64,000 nucleotides of DNA, taken from NCBI GenBank assembly GCA_001917535.1, contig MNEF01000087.1, forward strand, positions 1,401 to 65,400. The letters run 5' to 3'. Shown here one piece after another: positions 1 through 9,690 of the stretch. Numbering within the stretch: the first letter of the stretch is position 1; each line of letters starts with the position of its first letter. The notes beneath the pieces were generated by a model. It saw only the letters and a program-made list of their open reading frames with translations. It did not search any database and was not told where the DNA came from. This DNA comes from Candidatus Rokubacteria bacterium 13_1_40CM_69_27 (GTDB taxonomy: Bacteria; Methylomirabilota; Methylomirabilia; Rokubacteriales; CSP1-6). Both the position numbers and the translations under genes were made by a program.

Positions 1-617
1 TTCCCCTTCCTCCCTTGCTGCTAAGCGACCCGCACGCTCTCCACCCTGCCGTTCCGCCCGTAGAGAAGAGATGACAGGGGAGCCTTCAGCGGAGATCACC
101 GTCGCCCCCCGCCCTCGACGGCATGCGGGACCGACGATACTCCGAAGCTTGTCCAGAGGGTACTCCCAATCCGAGGCCGACCGTAGGCCAGGAATCGCGG
201 GGCAGACCACATTCCTTAGCCCCTAAAGGTGAGCTTCCAATTGGGACTAAATCGGACCCGGTGTCTTTGGACACCGTCTCGACTACGATGACGGCAGCCA
301 AGGAGGCTGGGCATGAAAGGCAAGGCGCGAAAAGGGGCTTCACGGACGAGTGGAGGAAGCAACGGCGATGAAGGACACGGCGCGTCCAGGGGTATCACAG
401 GCGGACGACTCCCGAACTCCGTGCTAACGACTCGCCGCCCGCCCGCCTTCCGTGGATAGTCGCCCATGGGGCCTCCCGCTGCATCTTACGTCCCCACAGT
501 GAGCAGTCGAAACGGGGAGCACTCCACCAGGAACACCGCCCCAAGCGTGCCGAGGCCAAGACCGGCTAGAGTCCATAATGTCTGAAGAGGTCATGATTGA
601 TCTTCGCTGGGCATCGT

Positions 618-2273
618 TCAGCTTTCCGCGCCCGCCTGGAAGGCCCTCTGGATGACCGATTGCGCCTCCTCCTGGATCCGGCCCAGGTGGTCTCTGCCCT
701 TGAAGCTCTCCGCGTAGAGCTTGTAGACGTCCTCGGTTCCAGACGGGCGGGCGGCAAACCAGCCGCTCGGGGTGACCACCTTCAGGCCTCCGATGGGAGC
801 GCTGTTACCCGGAGCAGTCGTCAGCAGTCTCGTGATCCTCTCACCCGCGAGCTCGGAGGCTGTGACCTGCCGCGGCGAAAGCTGCGCCAAGATCGCCTTC
901 TGCTCCGGCGTGGCCGGCGCGTCGATGCGCTGGTAGGCAGGTTCGCCGAACTCGCGGGTGAGTCCTCGGTAGAGCTCACCAGGGTCGCGCCCCATGACCG
1001 CCGTCATCTCTGCGGCGAGGAGGCCGAGGATGATCCCGTCTTTGTCGGTGGTCCAGACCGTGCCGTCGCGGCGGAGGAACGAGGCCCCCGCGCTCTCCTC
1101 GCCCCCGAAGCCGAGGGAACCGCCGATGAGCCCGTCGACGAACCACTTGAACCCGACGGGCACCTCCACGAGCGGGCGCCCGAGCCGGGCGACCACACGG
1201 TCGATCATGCTGCTGCTCACGACCGTCTTGCCGATACCGGCCTCCGTCGCCCACTCCGCCCGGTGAGTGAAAAGGTAGGAGATGGCGACGGCGAGATAGG
1301 CGTTTGGGTCCAGGAGACCGACACTCCGGGCCACGACGCCGTGCCGGTCGTGGTCAGTATCGCACGCCCAGGCGACGTCGAAGCGATTCCTGAGCTCGAT
1401 CAGGCGCTGCATCGCGTAGGGCGACGAGCAGTCCATGCGGATCTTCCCGTCCCAGTCGACCGTCATGAAGCTGAAGGTCGGATCCACCACGTCGCTGATC
1501 ACGGTCAGCGGCAGCTTGTAGCGCTCGCCGATCATGCCCCAGTAGTGCACCCCGGCACCTCCCAGAGGATCGACTCCGAGCGTGACCTTCGCGGCGCGAA
1601 CGACTTCCAGGTCCACGACGCGCGTGAGGTCACCGACGTAGGCGTCCATGTAATCGTGGCGGTGGGTGGTGGGAGCGCTGCGCGCCCGCTCGAACGGGAT
1701 CCGCTTCACTCCCGTGAGACCGTCGGCGAGGAGAGCGTTCGCCTGATCCTGGATCCACCCAGTGACGTGTGTATCGGCGGGACCGCCGTTCGGCGGGTTG
1801 TACTTGAAGCCGCCGTCCTCAGGCGGGTTATGGGAGGGGGTGACGACGATCCCGTCGGCGAGGCCGCCCGCCTGGCCGCGGTTATGCGTGAGGATCGCGT
1901 GGGAGATGACCGGTGCGGGCGTATACCCTTCTCTGTCGTCGATCATCACGTCGACCCGGTTGGCCGCCAGCACCTCGAGGGCACTGGCCAACGCCGACTC
2001 CGAGAGGGCGTGGGTATCGATCCCGAGGAACAGAGGCCCGTCGATCCCCTGCTCTTGTCGGTACCTGCAAATGGCCTGGGTGATGGCGAGGATGTGGGCC
2101 TCGTTGAAGACGCTAGCGAGCGCGGAGCCGCGATGGCCCGAGGTCCCGAACGCCACCCGCTGCTCGCGGACTGATGGGTTTGGCCGCCGCGTGTAGTACG
2201 CCGTCATCAGCCGCGGGATGTTCGCCAGCATCGATGGGTCGGGGGGCTTCCCCGCACGCGGGTCCACGATCAA
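618..2273 (-). CDS. pgm: phosphoglucomutase (alpha-D-glucose phosphate-specific)
   Basis: 551 aa ORF; active-site region TSGHRGS and overall PGM/PMM family similarity (GTSGHRG, GGPADTHVTGW motifs). Confidence 0.9.
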   Translation of the reverse strand: MIVDPRAGKPPDPSMLANIPRLMTAYYTRRPNPSVREQRVAFGTSGHRGSALASVFNEAHILAITQAICRYRQEQGIDGPLFLGIDTHALSESALASALEVLAANRVDVMIDDREGYTPAPVISHAILTHNRGQAGGLADGIVVTPSHNPPEDGGFKYNPPNGGPADTHVTGWIQDQANALLADGLTGVKRIPFERARSAPTTHRHDYMDAYVGDLTRVVDLEVVRAAKVTLGVDPLGGAGVHYWGMIGERYKLPLTVISDVVDPTFSFMTVDWDGKIRMDCSSPYAMQRLIELRNRFDVAWACDTDHDRHGVVARSVGLLDPNAYLAVAISYLFTHRAEWATEAGIGKTVVSSSMIDRVVARLGRPLVEVPVGFKWFVDGLIGGSLGFGGEESAGASFLRRDGTVWTTDKDGIILGLLAAEMTAVMGRDPGELYRGLTREFGEPAYQRIDAPATPEQKAILAQLSPRQVTASELAGERITRLLTTAPGNSAPIGGLKVVTPSGWFAARPSGTEDVYKLYAESFKGRDHLGRIQEEAQSVIQRAFQAGAES

Positions 2274-2295
2274 GACCGTCTCCTTGGGGGAACCT

Positions 2296-2640
2296 TCAGC
2301 GCTCGTTGAAGCGCCAACGCTGGAAGACGTAACCGGATTCCGAGGCCGTTCGGCCCTCCGCGATCAGACAGGCGGCCCCGGCCTCGAACGCGAAAATGCG
2401 CTTCACTCCCTCATGCTCAGAGGCCTCGATATAGACGTCTGTGACTGTGACGAAGACCTCGTCCAGGATGCCGGCTCGGTGAAGAGAGTTGAGAACCATC
2501 GCTCCGCCCTCGCAGTCCACGTAACGCACGCCGAATTCGTCAAAGAGACGCTCGTGCGATCGAAAGAGCCGGTTCCAGGACGGATTCGTCTTCTGCTGCA
2601 CGGACGGCACACCGATCGATCCCGACAACTTCGCCCACCG
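2296..2640 (-). CDS. dihydrofolate reductase family (RibD C-terminal domain) protein, possibly N-terminally truncated
   Basis: C-terminal ~110 aa (GVRYVDCEGGAMVLNSLHRAGILDEVFVTVTDVYIE...RIFAFEAGA...SGYVFQRWRF) matches the RibD_C/DHFR-like fold; the upstream part of the ORF is low-complexity and does not look coding. Confidence 0.45.
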   Translation of the reverse strand, partial: RWAKLSGSIGVPSVQQKTNPSWNRLFRSHERLFDEFGVRYVDCEGGAMVLNSLHRAGILDEVFVTVTDVYIEASEHEGVKRIFAFEAGAACLIAEGRTASESGYVFQRWRFNER

Positions 2641-2921
2641 GGAGTGGGCTCGCGTGCTCCTTGCGCTCGGGCCTGCGCCGCATCCGGTTCCACGATCTCC
2701 GCCACACGTACACGAGTCTCGTGATCGCCCGGGAGGCACTCTATCATTAACTCCCCTGGCCCGCGCACTTCCAGGACTTTAAGCCGGATCCGAACGAGCG
2801 GGCCCTGACCTCAATGCCCTTCAAGGCCAGCGGGTGCCACGGATTGCGGGAGTTCCGGAGGACGGCTACTCGCGAGATACCCCCGGAACGACCTCTTTGA
2901 GCAGCTCGAGTTGTTTGGCGC

Positions 2922-3569
2922 TCACGTCGGCGGATCGACGATTCGGCGCTGGGTCGACTCAGCCGCGCTTCGGACAGCAGCCAGCATCTCGCGCCGAATC
3001 AAGCCGCTGAACGGTCCGATCAACGTCCAATACGCGCGAAAGCGCCGCCGGGTCGCCACATCCGCGCACAATACGCGGGTCTCGGTCCGGAGCTCGGTGG
3101 CGCCGTCTGAACGTCGACCCACGGCGAAGTTCCATGCCGCCTTCGCGGTTCCTGGAGGAGCGGGCTCACGGAAGCGCGCTGGACTGGTTGCGCACAGTTC
3201 TCCGCGGGCGCGCCAAAAGCGACCCACCGTGCCCAGCACGAGTTCCTCGCCGGGCCGCTCCCCAAGCAGGGGGAAGCCACCCGCCAGCACGTTGTCGAGC
3301 GTAAAGCCCTGCCGCCAGAGCTCCTCACGGAAGCGGCGCCAGGTCTCGCGCGGGGCCGCGGGGAACGCTGGCAGCGCGCGCAGCGCGGAGAGTGCCCGCA
3401 TGAGCCCCCAATGGTCGAAGTCGGCGGTCCGCAGGCTTGCGTACACCCGCTCCGGAGGCGCGGCGATGCGGGTGGCATAGCTCGCCCGCACATCGAACTC
3501 GGGCAAGCAGTCATCCAGGAGCATGCGCCACCCCTTCACTCCATCGTGTGCGCCTAACTCCTCGTCCAT
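2922..3569 (-). CDS. hypothetical protein
   Basis: 215 aa ORF with normal amino-acid composition; no family confidently recognised. Confidence 0.4.
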   Translation of the reverse strand: MDEELGAHDGVKGWRMLLDDCLPEFDVRASYATRIAAPPERVYASLRTADFDHWGLMRALSALRALPAFPAAPRETWRRFREELWRQGFTLDNVLAGGFPLLGERPGEELVLGTVGRFWRARGELCATSPARFREPAPPGTAKAAWNFAVGRRSDGATELRTETRVLCADVATRRRFRAYWTLIGPFSGLIRREMLAAVRSAAESTQRRIVDPPT

Positions 3570-3835
3570 CGTTTCACGTCTTTCCCTAGTGGTAGGTAGG
3601 TGCGAGCAACATCTCTAGGCAGGCCGGTTACCTGATGCCCAAGCAACGGACACACCCGACGCTAAATGGTTTACCGGCGATACCACCTGTTCATCCCGGC
3701 CTGCGAGGTCGCGATGGCGCGAACGCCGCCAATGCTGGCCGAGGTGGGGCCGTGAGGGTCGCTCGGTCACTCGACGGACACTGGAGAACGACCAAGGGGT
3801 TGCGGGTTGGTCCGTAACACTTGGTTTCTTAAAGC

Positions 3836-3912
3836 GGCCGACCGGATTCAATGCCGGCGACGTCCGGTTTCGAGGCTGGAATTCAGAAGGGGTTACGGTG
3901 GCCCGTAACCCC
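3836..3912 (-). other. degenerate tRNA-like remnant plus perfect 10-bp hairpin (GGGGTTACGG-TGGC-CCGTAACCCC)
   Basis: About 33 bp near-identical to the 3' half of the adjacent tRNA-Gly (GCGGCCGACCGGATTC...GGCGACGTCC) but the T-loop and acceptor 5' strand are degenerate; immediately followed by a perfect hairpin at about 3888-3912. Confidence 0.35.
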
Positions 3913-3919
3913 TTGAATT

Positions 3920-3993
3920 TGGAGCGGCCGACCGGATTCGAACCGGCGACGTCCAGCTTGGGAAGCTGGCATTCTGCCACTGAATTACGGCCG
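3920..3993 (-). tRNA. tRNA-Gly (anticodon region TTCCAA; isoacceptor ambiguous, anticodon loop appears 6 nt in this sequence)
   Basis: Manual fold: acceptor GCGGCCG/CGGCCGC 7 bp, D-arm ATTC-AGTGGCA-GAAT, T-arm GCCGG-TTCGAAT-CCGGT, encoded CCA; anticodon stem CCAGC/GCTGG with loop TTCCAA. Confidence 0.75.
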
Positions 3994-4053
3994 CCCGGCG
4001 CCTCCTATTCTACTACCGCCCGAGCCCGCCACTCGCCCTCGTCGAGGGTCGTG

Positions 4054-5601
4054 TCACTGTCCGTCCCGTAGCGACATCCACACCCCGACCAGCTGTTCGG
4101 AGGAGAGCGCCTGGAAGTTCACCCGCCTGCTCACGCCGTACAGATCCATCTGCTGGTAGAGCGGCAGGACGGCGCCGTCGTCCAGCATGAGCCGCTGAGC
4201 CCGCGCATAGGTCTCCAGGCGCCGCTTCGAGTCGACCGTGGTCTGGGCCTCGTCGATCATCCCGTCGAAGTTGATGCTGTAGTGATTCGCCAGCGGGTTG
4301 CCCGAGCGCCACACGGGGGACAACGTGCCGTCGGCGTCCCAGGTGGTGTTTCCCCAGCCGATCAGGTACATCGGGCTCGCCTTGTGGACGAACGCCATCT
4401 GATTGAGATACGTGGTCCACTCGAAGGTGCGCACCCGCGCGCGAATCCCGCCCTTGGTGAGCTGCCCGGCCACCGCCTCCGAGACCTCCTTGTCTTTGAG
4501 GTAGCGGCCATCGGGCGAGTTGAGGGTCAGCTCGATCCCCCCGGGAAAGCCGGCGTCAGCCAGGAGCTTCTTGGCCCGATCCGGTTCGAACTTCACGGGT
4601 TGGAGCGTCCGGTCGAAGCCGAAGTGCTTGCTCGTGAGCGGCGTGGCGGTGCGGATAGCCTGGCCCTCGAGCACGGTGTTGATGATCGCGTCGGGGTTGA
4701 CGGCGGCGATGATGGCCTGGCGGACGCGCTTGTCCTTGGTGGGCCCGTCGACAGGCCCGACCGGCTTGTTGTTGGAGTCGAACTGATAGGTGTAGATCGG
4801 GATGAAGATGGTGCGGACGCTCGGCGCCTTGGACACGTAGAGCTTCGGATGCTTTTCGATGATGGTCAGCAAATGCGGCGGGACGTTGACCGTGATGTCG
4901 ACCTCACCAGACTGTAGCGCCGCGACACGAACCGCGTGCTCGGGGATCGGGCGGAACACGAGTGTCTTGACCTTGGGGGCCCCACCCCACCAGTGCTCGT
5001 TGGCCTCCAGCACGATCTGCTCGTCCTTGACCCAGCGGACGAACCGGTAAGGCCCGGTCCCGACCGGGTTCCGGTCGGCGAAGACCTTGTCCTTCCCCTT
5101 GAAGTGCTTCGGCGCCATGATGGCGCCCCGGAGGGCGAGCTGGTTCTCCAGCGTGGGGAACGGCTTGCTGGTCACGACGCGCACGGTGTATTTGTCCACC
5201 ACGTCCACCGAGGAGACCAGCCGGAAGTTTCCCGCCTGGCGATTCCTGAGCTCGGGGTCGCGCAGGCGGTCGAGGCTGAACTTGACGGCCTCCGCGTCGA
5301 ACTCCTCGCTGTTGTGGAACTGGACGTTCTTCCGGAGCTTGAACTCCCACGTCGTAGGATTCACCATCCGCCAAGACTCCGCCAGCCACGGAATGATCTT
5401 GAGATCCCTGTCGCGGAACAGCAGCGTATCGTAGATGTTCAGGAGCACGTTGTAGGCGGGCGTCTCCTCGTGCCATTGCGGATCGAGCGTCGTGGGATCG
5501 ACGCCCTGGGCAATGACCACCTGACCCGCGGGGGCGGCGTCGACCGCCAACGGCAGGAGCAGGACGAGCGCGAGGGCCAACCAGGTTCGCCAGCCGATCA
5601 T
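4054..5601 (-). CDS. ABC transporter substrate-binding protein, family 5 (peptide/nickel/opine type)
   Basis: 515 aa, N-terminal signal peptide (LALALVLLLPLAVDAA), SBP_bac_5 family similarity throughout. Confidence 0.85.
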   Translation of the reverse strand: MIGWRTWLALALVLLLPLAVDAAPAGQVVIAQGVDPTTLDPQWHEETPAYNVLLNIYDTLLFRDRDLKIIPWLAESWRMVNPTTWEFKLRKNVQFHNSEEFDAEAVKFSLDRLRDPELRNRQAGNFRLVSSVDVVDKYTVRVVTSKPFPTLENQLALRGAIMAPKHFKGKDKVFADRNPVGTGPYRFVRWVKDEQIVLEANEHWWGGAPKVKTLVFRPIPEHAVRVAALQSGEVDITVNVPPHLLTIIEKHPKLYVSKAPSVRTIFIPIYTYQFDSNNKPVGPVDGPTKDKRVRQAIIAAVNPDAIINTVLEGQAIRTATPLTSKHFGFDRTLQPVKFEPDRAKKLLADAGFPGGIELTLNSPDGRYLKDKEVSEAVAGQLTKGGIRARVRTFEWTTYLNQMAFVHKASPMYLIGWGNTTWDADGTLSPVWRSGNPLANHYSINFDGMIDEAQTTVDSKRRLETYARAQRLMLDDGAVLPLYQQMDLYGVSRRVNFQALSSEQLVGVWMSLRDGQ

Positions 5602-5658
5602 CGGAAGCCTCCTCGGGGCCTGAGGGTCGGTGGATAGCGACCGCCGGGTGCCCGTACT

Positions 5659-7098
5659 TTATGAGTCGCCCCCGCCCGAGTCAAGGTAGGCGAGCGCCTC
5701 CTCGCGCGTCCCGACGAGCCCAAGGTCCTGCGCTTCGCGCGCGCGCGCCAACAACCGGCCCACCTCGGGCCCGGGGCCGAGCCCGAAGCGCTCCATCACG
5801 TCCTGGCCTCTCACGAGCGGCGGCGCGGCCACGGCCCGCCGCTGCACTTCCCAGCCGCCCAGCAGATCGCGGATGAGCGTCGCGCGCCGCCACACGCGCA
5901 GGGGCGACTCCCCGCGGACGGCGGCGGCGTCGACCAGTGCCAGCAGCAGCAGGTCCCGCGTCTCGGGGCCCAGGTCGCGATAAAAGCGGTAGCGCGCGCG
6001 GTCCGTCACCGCCTCAGCCCCGGCCAGGTGCATGGGGCGGAGGTGGTGGCGGACCAGGCGCGCCAGCACGGCCGTGACGGCCTCGGGCAGGCGCAGGCGC
6101 TCGCCGATCGCGCGGACCCTGATGGCGCCCAGCACGTCGTGCTCGAAGAAGCGAATGCGGCCCCCGATCGCGCGGCGCGTTTGGGGCTTGGATACGTCGT
6201 GGAGCAACGCCGCCAGCTTGAGCGTGTTGGCGCGCTCGATCCCGCCGCCCAGCGGCTCGCGCAGGTGAGGCGCCAGCTCGTCCCCGAAGGGCTCGAGCCG
6301 CTCGCTGCGCGCCACCACGAGATCGGCGGCGGCGACGGCGCGCAGCGAGTGCTCGAGCACGGAGAACCGGTGCGGCGCCGGCTGGGGGGTGGTCCGCATC
6401 GGCTCGACCTCCGGCAGTACCACCGCCAGCAGGCCGAGCCGATCCGCCCGGCGGAGCGCTCGCGCGGTCTCGGGAAGGGCCAGCAGCGCGATCAGCTCGT
6501 CGCGAATGCGCTCGGCCGACACCGCGGCCAGTGCCGGCGCCACGGCGGCGACGGCCCGCGCCGCGCCCGGTGTGAGCCGAAGGCCCAGCGCGAGCTCCAG
6601 CCTCACTCCCCGGAGCGCGCGCAGCGGGTCGTCGGCCAGCGCGCCGCGGCTCGGAGGGCGGAGTCGGCGTGCCCGGAGATCGGCCAGCCCGCCCGTCGGA
6701 TCGACGATTGGTGCCCGGCCGCGGCGGAGGAGCGCGCCGAGGGGGACGGCCAGCGCGTTGACCGTGTAGTCCCGGGCGGCGAGGTCGCCCTCGAGCGTCG
6801 GCGCGCGGAAGTCGGTCAGGTCCAGCTGGCGGCCGAGGGCCAGCACTCGCGCGGCCCCCCGCTCGGCATCGAGCAGGACGAACGCGCCTGCCAGCCGGTC
6901 GGCGACCCGACGAGCCAAGTCGACCGCGCCCGCCGGCACGGCGACATCGATATCCTGGGAGAGCGGGCGACCGAGCCAGGCGTCGCGCACCGCGCCGCCC
7001 ACCAGCGCGGCCGTAACCCGTCGCCCGCCGGCCGCGGCCACGGCGCCCAGCAGACCGATGTGGGGGGGCGTCAGGCGCTCGAGTCGAAGCTCCGCCAT
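5659..7098 (-). CDS. cca: CCA tRNA nucleotidyltransferase / poly(A) polymerase family protein with HD domain
   Basis: Pol-beta-like head (LVGGAVRDAWLGRPLSQDIDVAV) and HD motif (LHDVSKP); start moved to internal ATG (MAELRLERL) because the upstream part of the ORF is R/S-rich overlap. Confidence 0.8.
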   Translation of the reverse strand: MAELRLERLTPPHIGLLGAVAAAGGRRVTAALVGGAVRDAWLGRPLSQDIDVAVPAGAVDLARRVADRLAGAFVLLDAERGAARVLALGRQLDLTDFRAPTLEGDLAARDYTVNALAVPLGALLRRGRAPIVDPTGGLADLRARRLRPPSRGALADDPLRALRGVRLELALGLRLTPGAARAVAAVAPALAAVSAERIRDELIALLALPETARALRRADRLGLLAVVLPEVEPMRTTPQPAPHRFSVLEHSLRAVAAADLVVARSERLEPFGDELAPHLREPLGGGIERANTLKLAALLHDVSKPQTRRAIGGRIRFFEHDVLGAIRVRAIGERLRLPEAVTAVLARLVRHHLRPMHLAGAEAVTDRARYRFYRDLGPETRDLLLLALVDAAAVRGESPLRVWRRATLIRDLLGGWEVQRRAVAAPPLVRGQDVMERFGLGPGPEVGRLLARAREAQDLGLVGTREEALAYLDSGGGDS

Positions 7099-7138
7099 GT
7101 GCCGGGATCGGGAAGCGGCGCGCGGGCTCCGCCCCACC

Positions 7139-8026
7139 CTACCCGAGCGCGATGCCGCGCTCGGTGATCCGGTACTCCACGATCTCGTCACTCATCGCGC
7201 TGCCCCGGTGCTTGACGGCGCAGAGCATGCGGGCCAGGCGGCCGCCCACCCGCTCGCTGCCCATGACGAGGATCGTGTTGGCGGTGGCGCCCACGTCGCC
7301 CGTCGCCACCTTGCGCGCGATCAGGTCTTCCAGGCGCGTCTCTTCGGTGGTGACGAGCAGCAGCGTCGTGATCCGGGTGTGGTCGTAGCGGTGGGCGTCG
7401 ATGAACGGCCGATGCTTCCACACGGGCAGGCAGATCTCCATCCCGAGGGTCTCGGCCTCGCGGTGGATGACCGTGCGGTACACCTCGTCGAACATGAAGA
7501 CCTGGATCGAGTCCGCGGGGGAGTCCATGGGCTCGACGCCGTCCACGACGACGCGCCGAGTGCCGGCGGCGAAGTGGAAGTACATGAACGGCCGGACGGT
7601 GTACAGCGCGTGGTTGTAGACCGCCTTCCAGTTCCAATCGAACTCTCGGTCGCCGGCGGGCGTCGGCACCTGGAAGTCGCGCGCGCGGCCCACCCAGTGA
7701 AGCGCGTTCGAGTAGAAGGCTTCCCGCTGCTCGGCGGGCGGGTACGGATCGGCCATGGGCGTGACGGTGTGCGTCCAGGGCGTGAGCCTCCAGTCGAAGA
7801 GGCGCGCCGCGTACTCGTCGTGCTGCTGGGAATCGCCGCGGCCGTTCATGTCGAGCACGATGCCCCGGGTGCCGTCGGCCGCCAGTCCGTGGTGGGCGAA
7901 GGTCAGGCCCAGATGCGTCTTGCCGATGCCGGTGGCGCCGTAGGCGACGGTCAGCGTCCCAGGCAGGAGCCCGCCGCCCAGCATGTTGTCGAGCTTGGCC
8001 AGACCCGTCGTGACCCGTGTGGTCAT
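7139..8026 (-). CDS. KaiC-like RecA-superfamily ATPase (single KaiC/RadA-type domain)
   Basis: Walker A GATGIGKT preceded by LAKLDNMLGGGLLPGTLTVAYG, typical of KaiC/RadB/Rad55 ATPase domains; the ORF track's upstream 85 aa is R/S-rich and overlaps the ligase, so the start is placed at MTTRVTTGL. Confidence 0.7.
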   Translation of the reverse strand: MTTRVTTGLAKLDNMLGGGLLPGTLTVAYGATGIGKTHLGLTFAHHGLAADGTRGIVLDMNGRGDSQQHDEYAARLFDWRLTPWTHTVTPMADPYPPAEQREAFYSNALHWVGRARDFQVPTPAGDREFDWNWKAVYNHALYTVRPFMYFHFAAGTRRVVVDGVEPMDSPADSIQVFMFDEVYRTVIHREAETLGMEICLPVWKHRPFIDAHRYDHTRITTLLLVTTEETRLEDLIARKVATGDVGATANTILVMGSERVGGRLARMLCAVKHRGSAMSDEIVEYRITERGIALG

Positions 8027-8054
8027 GGGCGTGAATTCTACACTATCGTCCGGC

Positions 8055-9644
8055 TCACCCCAGCGGACCCGACTGGTCGGAGGCGCGGGCGAACCGTCCT
8101 TTGGTGGCGAACTGCTTTTCGTAGAGCGCGCGCAGCTCGGCCAGCGTCGTCGCCTGGCTGGGGGCTTTGTCGTCGCGGATACGCTTGATGCGCGCGAAGC
8201 GGAGGGCCAGCCCCGAGGGATAGGTCGGGCTCTTCTGGATCTCGTTGTACTCCACCTCGACCACGATCTCCGGTCGGACACGCACGGTGTAGCCGTCGTC
8301 GCTCAGGGCGAGCGCCCACAGGCGCTCGGTCATAGCCGCGAACTCCTGATCGGTCAGGCCCTTGAAGGTCTTGCCGACGTCTGCCCACCGATCGTCATCG
8401 TGCACGGTGAGGTGGTAGTTCGAGAGCCATCCCACTCGACGACCCGATCCCCGGTCAGCGGCGACGATCACACAGTCGATCGTCTCCACGGCCTTGAGCT
8501 TGAACCAGCGCTTACCGCGGCCACCGGGCTCGTAGGCGCTGCGCGGATCCTTGGCCACGACGCCCTCGTGCCCGGCGGCCAGCGCGCGGCTCCGGAACGT
8601 GCGCGCTTCCTCCACCGAGGTCACGAGGGCGCGCTCCGCCAGATAGCGGCCGCCCGTCACGCGCACCAGCGCCTCCCACCGCGCCGTGTAAGACTGGTCG
8701 ATGAGCGGACGGCCCTCGGCGACGAGGCAGTCGAAGAAGTAGAGGGCCAGCGGCATCTGCCCCATCAGTGTCTCGACATCGTGCACGCGCCTGAACCGCC
8801 GCATGAGCTCCTGGAAGGGCAGCGGGCGGCCGGCGCTGTCGAGCGCGACCACCTCGCCGTCCAGGATGAACGGCGCCAGGCCGAGATCGCGTCGGGCGAT
8901 AGTGACGATGTCCGGCAGGCTGCGGGTGACGTCGCTGAGGCGCCGGCTCCAGACGGCGACCCGATCGCCGTCCCGGTGGAGCTGGATCCGCGCGCCGTCG
9001 TACTTGTACTCCAGGGCCGTGCTGCCGTCGTGAGCGGCCAGCACGTTCTCGAAGTCGACGGCCAGCTCGGCCAGCATCGGCAGCAGCGGCACGAACAGTC
9101 GCGATTGCGCCGCGGTGAGGGCGTCGGCGCCCTGGCCGAGCGCGAGCGCGGCCACCGCCGAGAGATCGCCGAGCAAGAGCGCCGCCCGGCGCGCCGCCGA
9201 CGGGTCGGCGCCGCAGGCTTCGGCGATCGATTCCAGAATAAGGCCGTCCGACACGCCCGTCCGCATCTCGCCGCCGATGATCCGCCCGAGCACCTCGCGC
9301 TCGAGGTCGGAGGCCCGCCCGGCCAGCGCCCCCAGCCGCTCGTCCCGAAGACGCCGGACGCCCGGCCCCGCCGCCTCGGCGACGGCGGCGAAGGCGGCGG
9401 CGACCTCGGCGAGCGTGAGCGGGGGCCCGCCGGAGGCACTCCGGGGTGCCGGCAGCCCGCGCACCTTGAGCGCGCGCGGATCGGAGGCGGGGAACGGGCG
9501 CCCGGTCAGGAAGGCCACGGCGGTGCCCACCTCGGCGGTCGGCAGGGCGCGAAGGTAGTCGGCCACGAGCCGCCGCTTGTCCAGGCGCCCCGGCGTCCGC
9601 GCCAACCGCTGACAAAGCGCCGCGAAGTCCGCGAGCAGGGCCAC
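8055..9644 (-). CDS. lig: ATP-dependent DNA ligase
   Basis: 529 aa; adenylation motif I LEYKYDGAR (KxDGxR) and ligase OB-fold region; Lig/LigB family. Confidence 0.85.
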   Translation of the reverse strand: MALLADFAALCQRLARTPGRLDKRRLVADYLRALPTAEVGTAVAFLTGRPFPASDPRALKVRGLPAPRSASGGPPLTLAEVAAAFAAVAEAAGPGVRRLRDERLGALAGRASDLEREVLGRIIGGEMRTGVSDGLILESIAEACGADPSAARRAALLLGDLSAVAALALGQGADALTAAQSRLFVPLLPMLAELAVDFENVLAAHDGSTALEYKYDGARIQLHRDGDRVAVWSRRLSDVTRSLPDIVTIARRDLGLAPFILDGEVVALDSAGRPLPFQELMRRFRRVHDVETLMGQMPLALYFFDCLVAEGRPLIDQSYTARWEALVRVTGGRYLAERALVTSVEEARTFRSRALAAGHEGVVAKDPRSAYEPGGRGKRWFKLKAVETIDCVIVAADRGSGRRVGWLSNYHLTVHDDDRWADVGKTFKGLTDQEFAAMTERLWALALSDDGYTVRVRPEIVVEVEYNEIQKSPTYPSGLALRFARIKRIRDDKAPSQATTLAELRALYEKQFATKGRFARASDQSGPLG

Positions 9645-9690
9645 GTCTCCATTATTGACTTGGTCAGCGCGCGGGACCTACGCTCAAGGC

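Noticed and set aside
1-590. tmRNA or RNase P RNA in the first 590 bp
   Set aside because: No GGAAAGUCCGG/P4 signature or tRNA-like 3' end with tag-peptide reading frame was found on either strand by manual inspection.
597-2174. Long ORFs rich in R/A/G/P on the strand opposite to real genes (for example 597-2174, 7983-9713, 9664-10833, 16262-18904, 21309-22742, 26637-28664, 40470-42212, 50569-52269)
   Set aside because: These are typical high-GC antisense or alternate-frame artifacts with extreme Arg/Ala/Pro composition and no recognisable domains. Each overlaps a well-supported gene on the other strand or frame.
8027-8281. N-terminal 85-aa extension of the KaiC-like ORF
   Set aside because: It is Arg/Ser-rich, overlaps the ligase gene 3' end, and the conserved ATPase domain starts at the internal Met.
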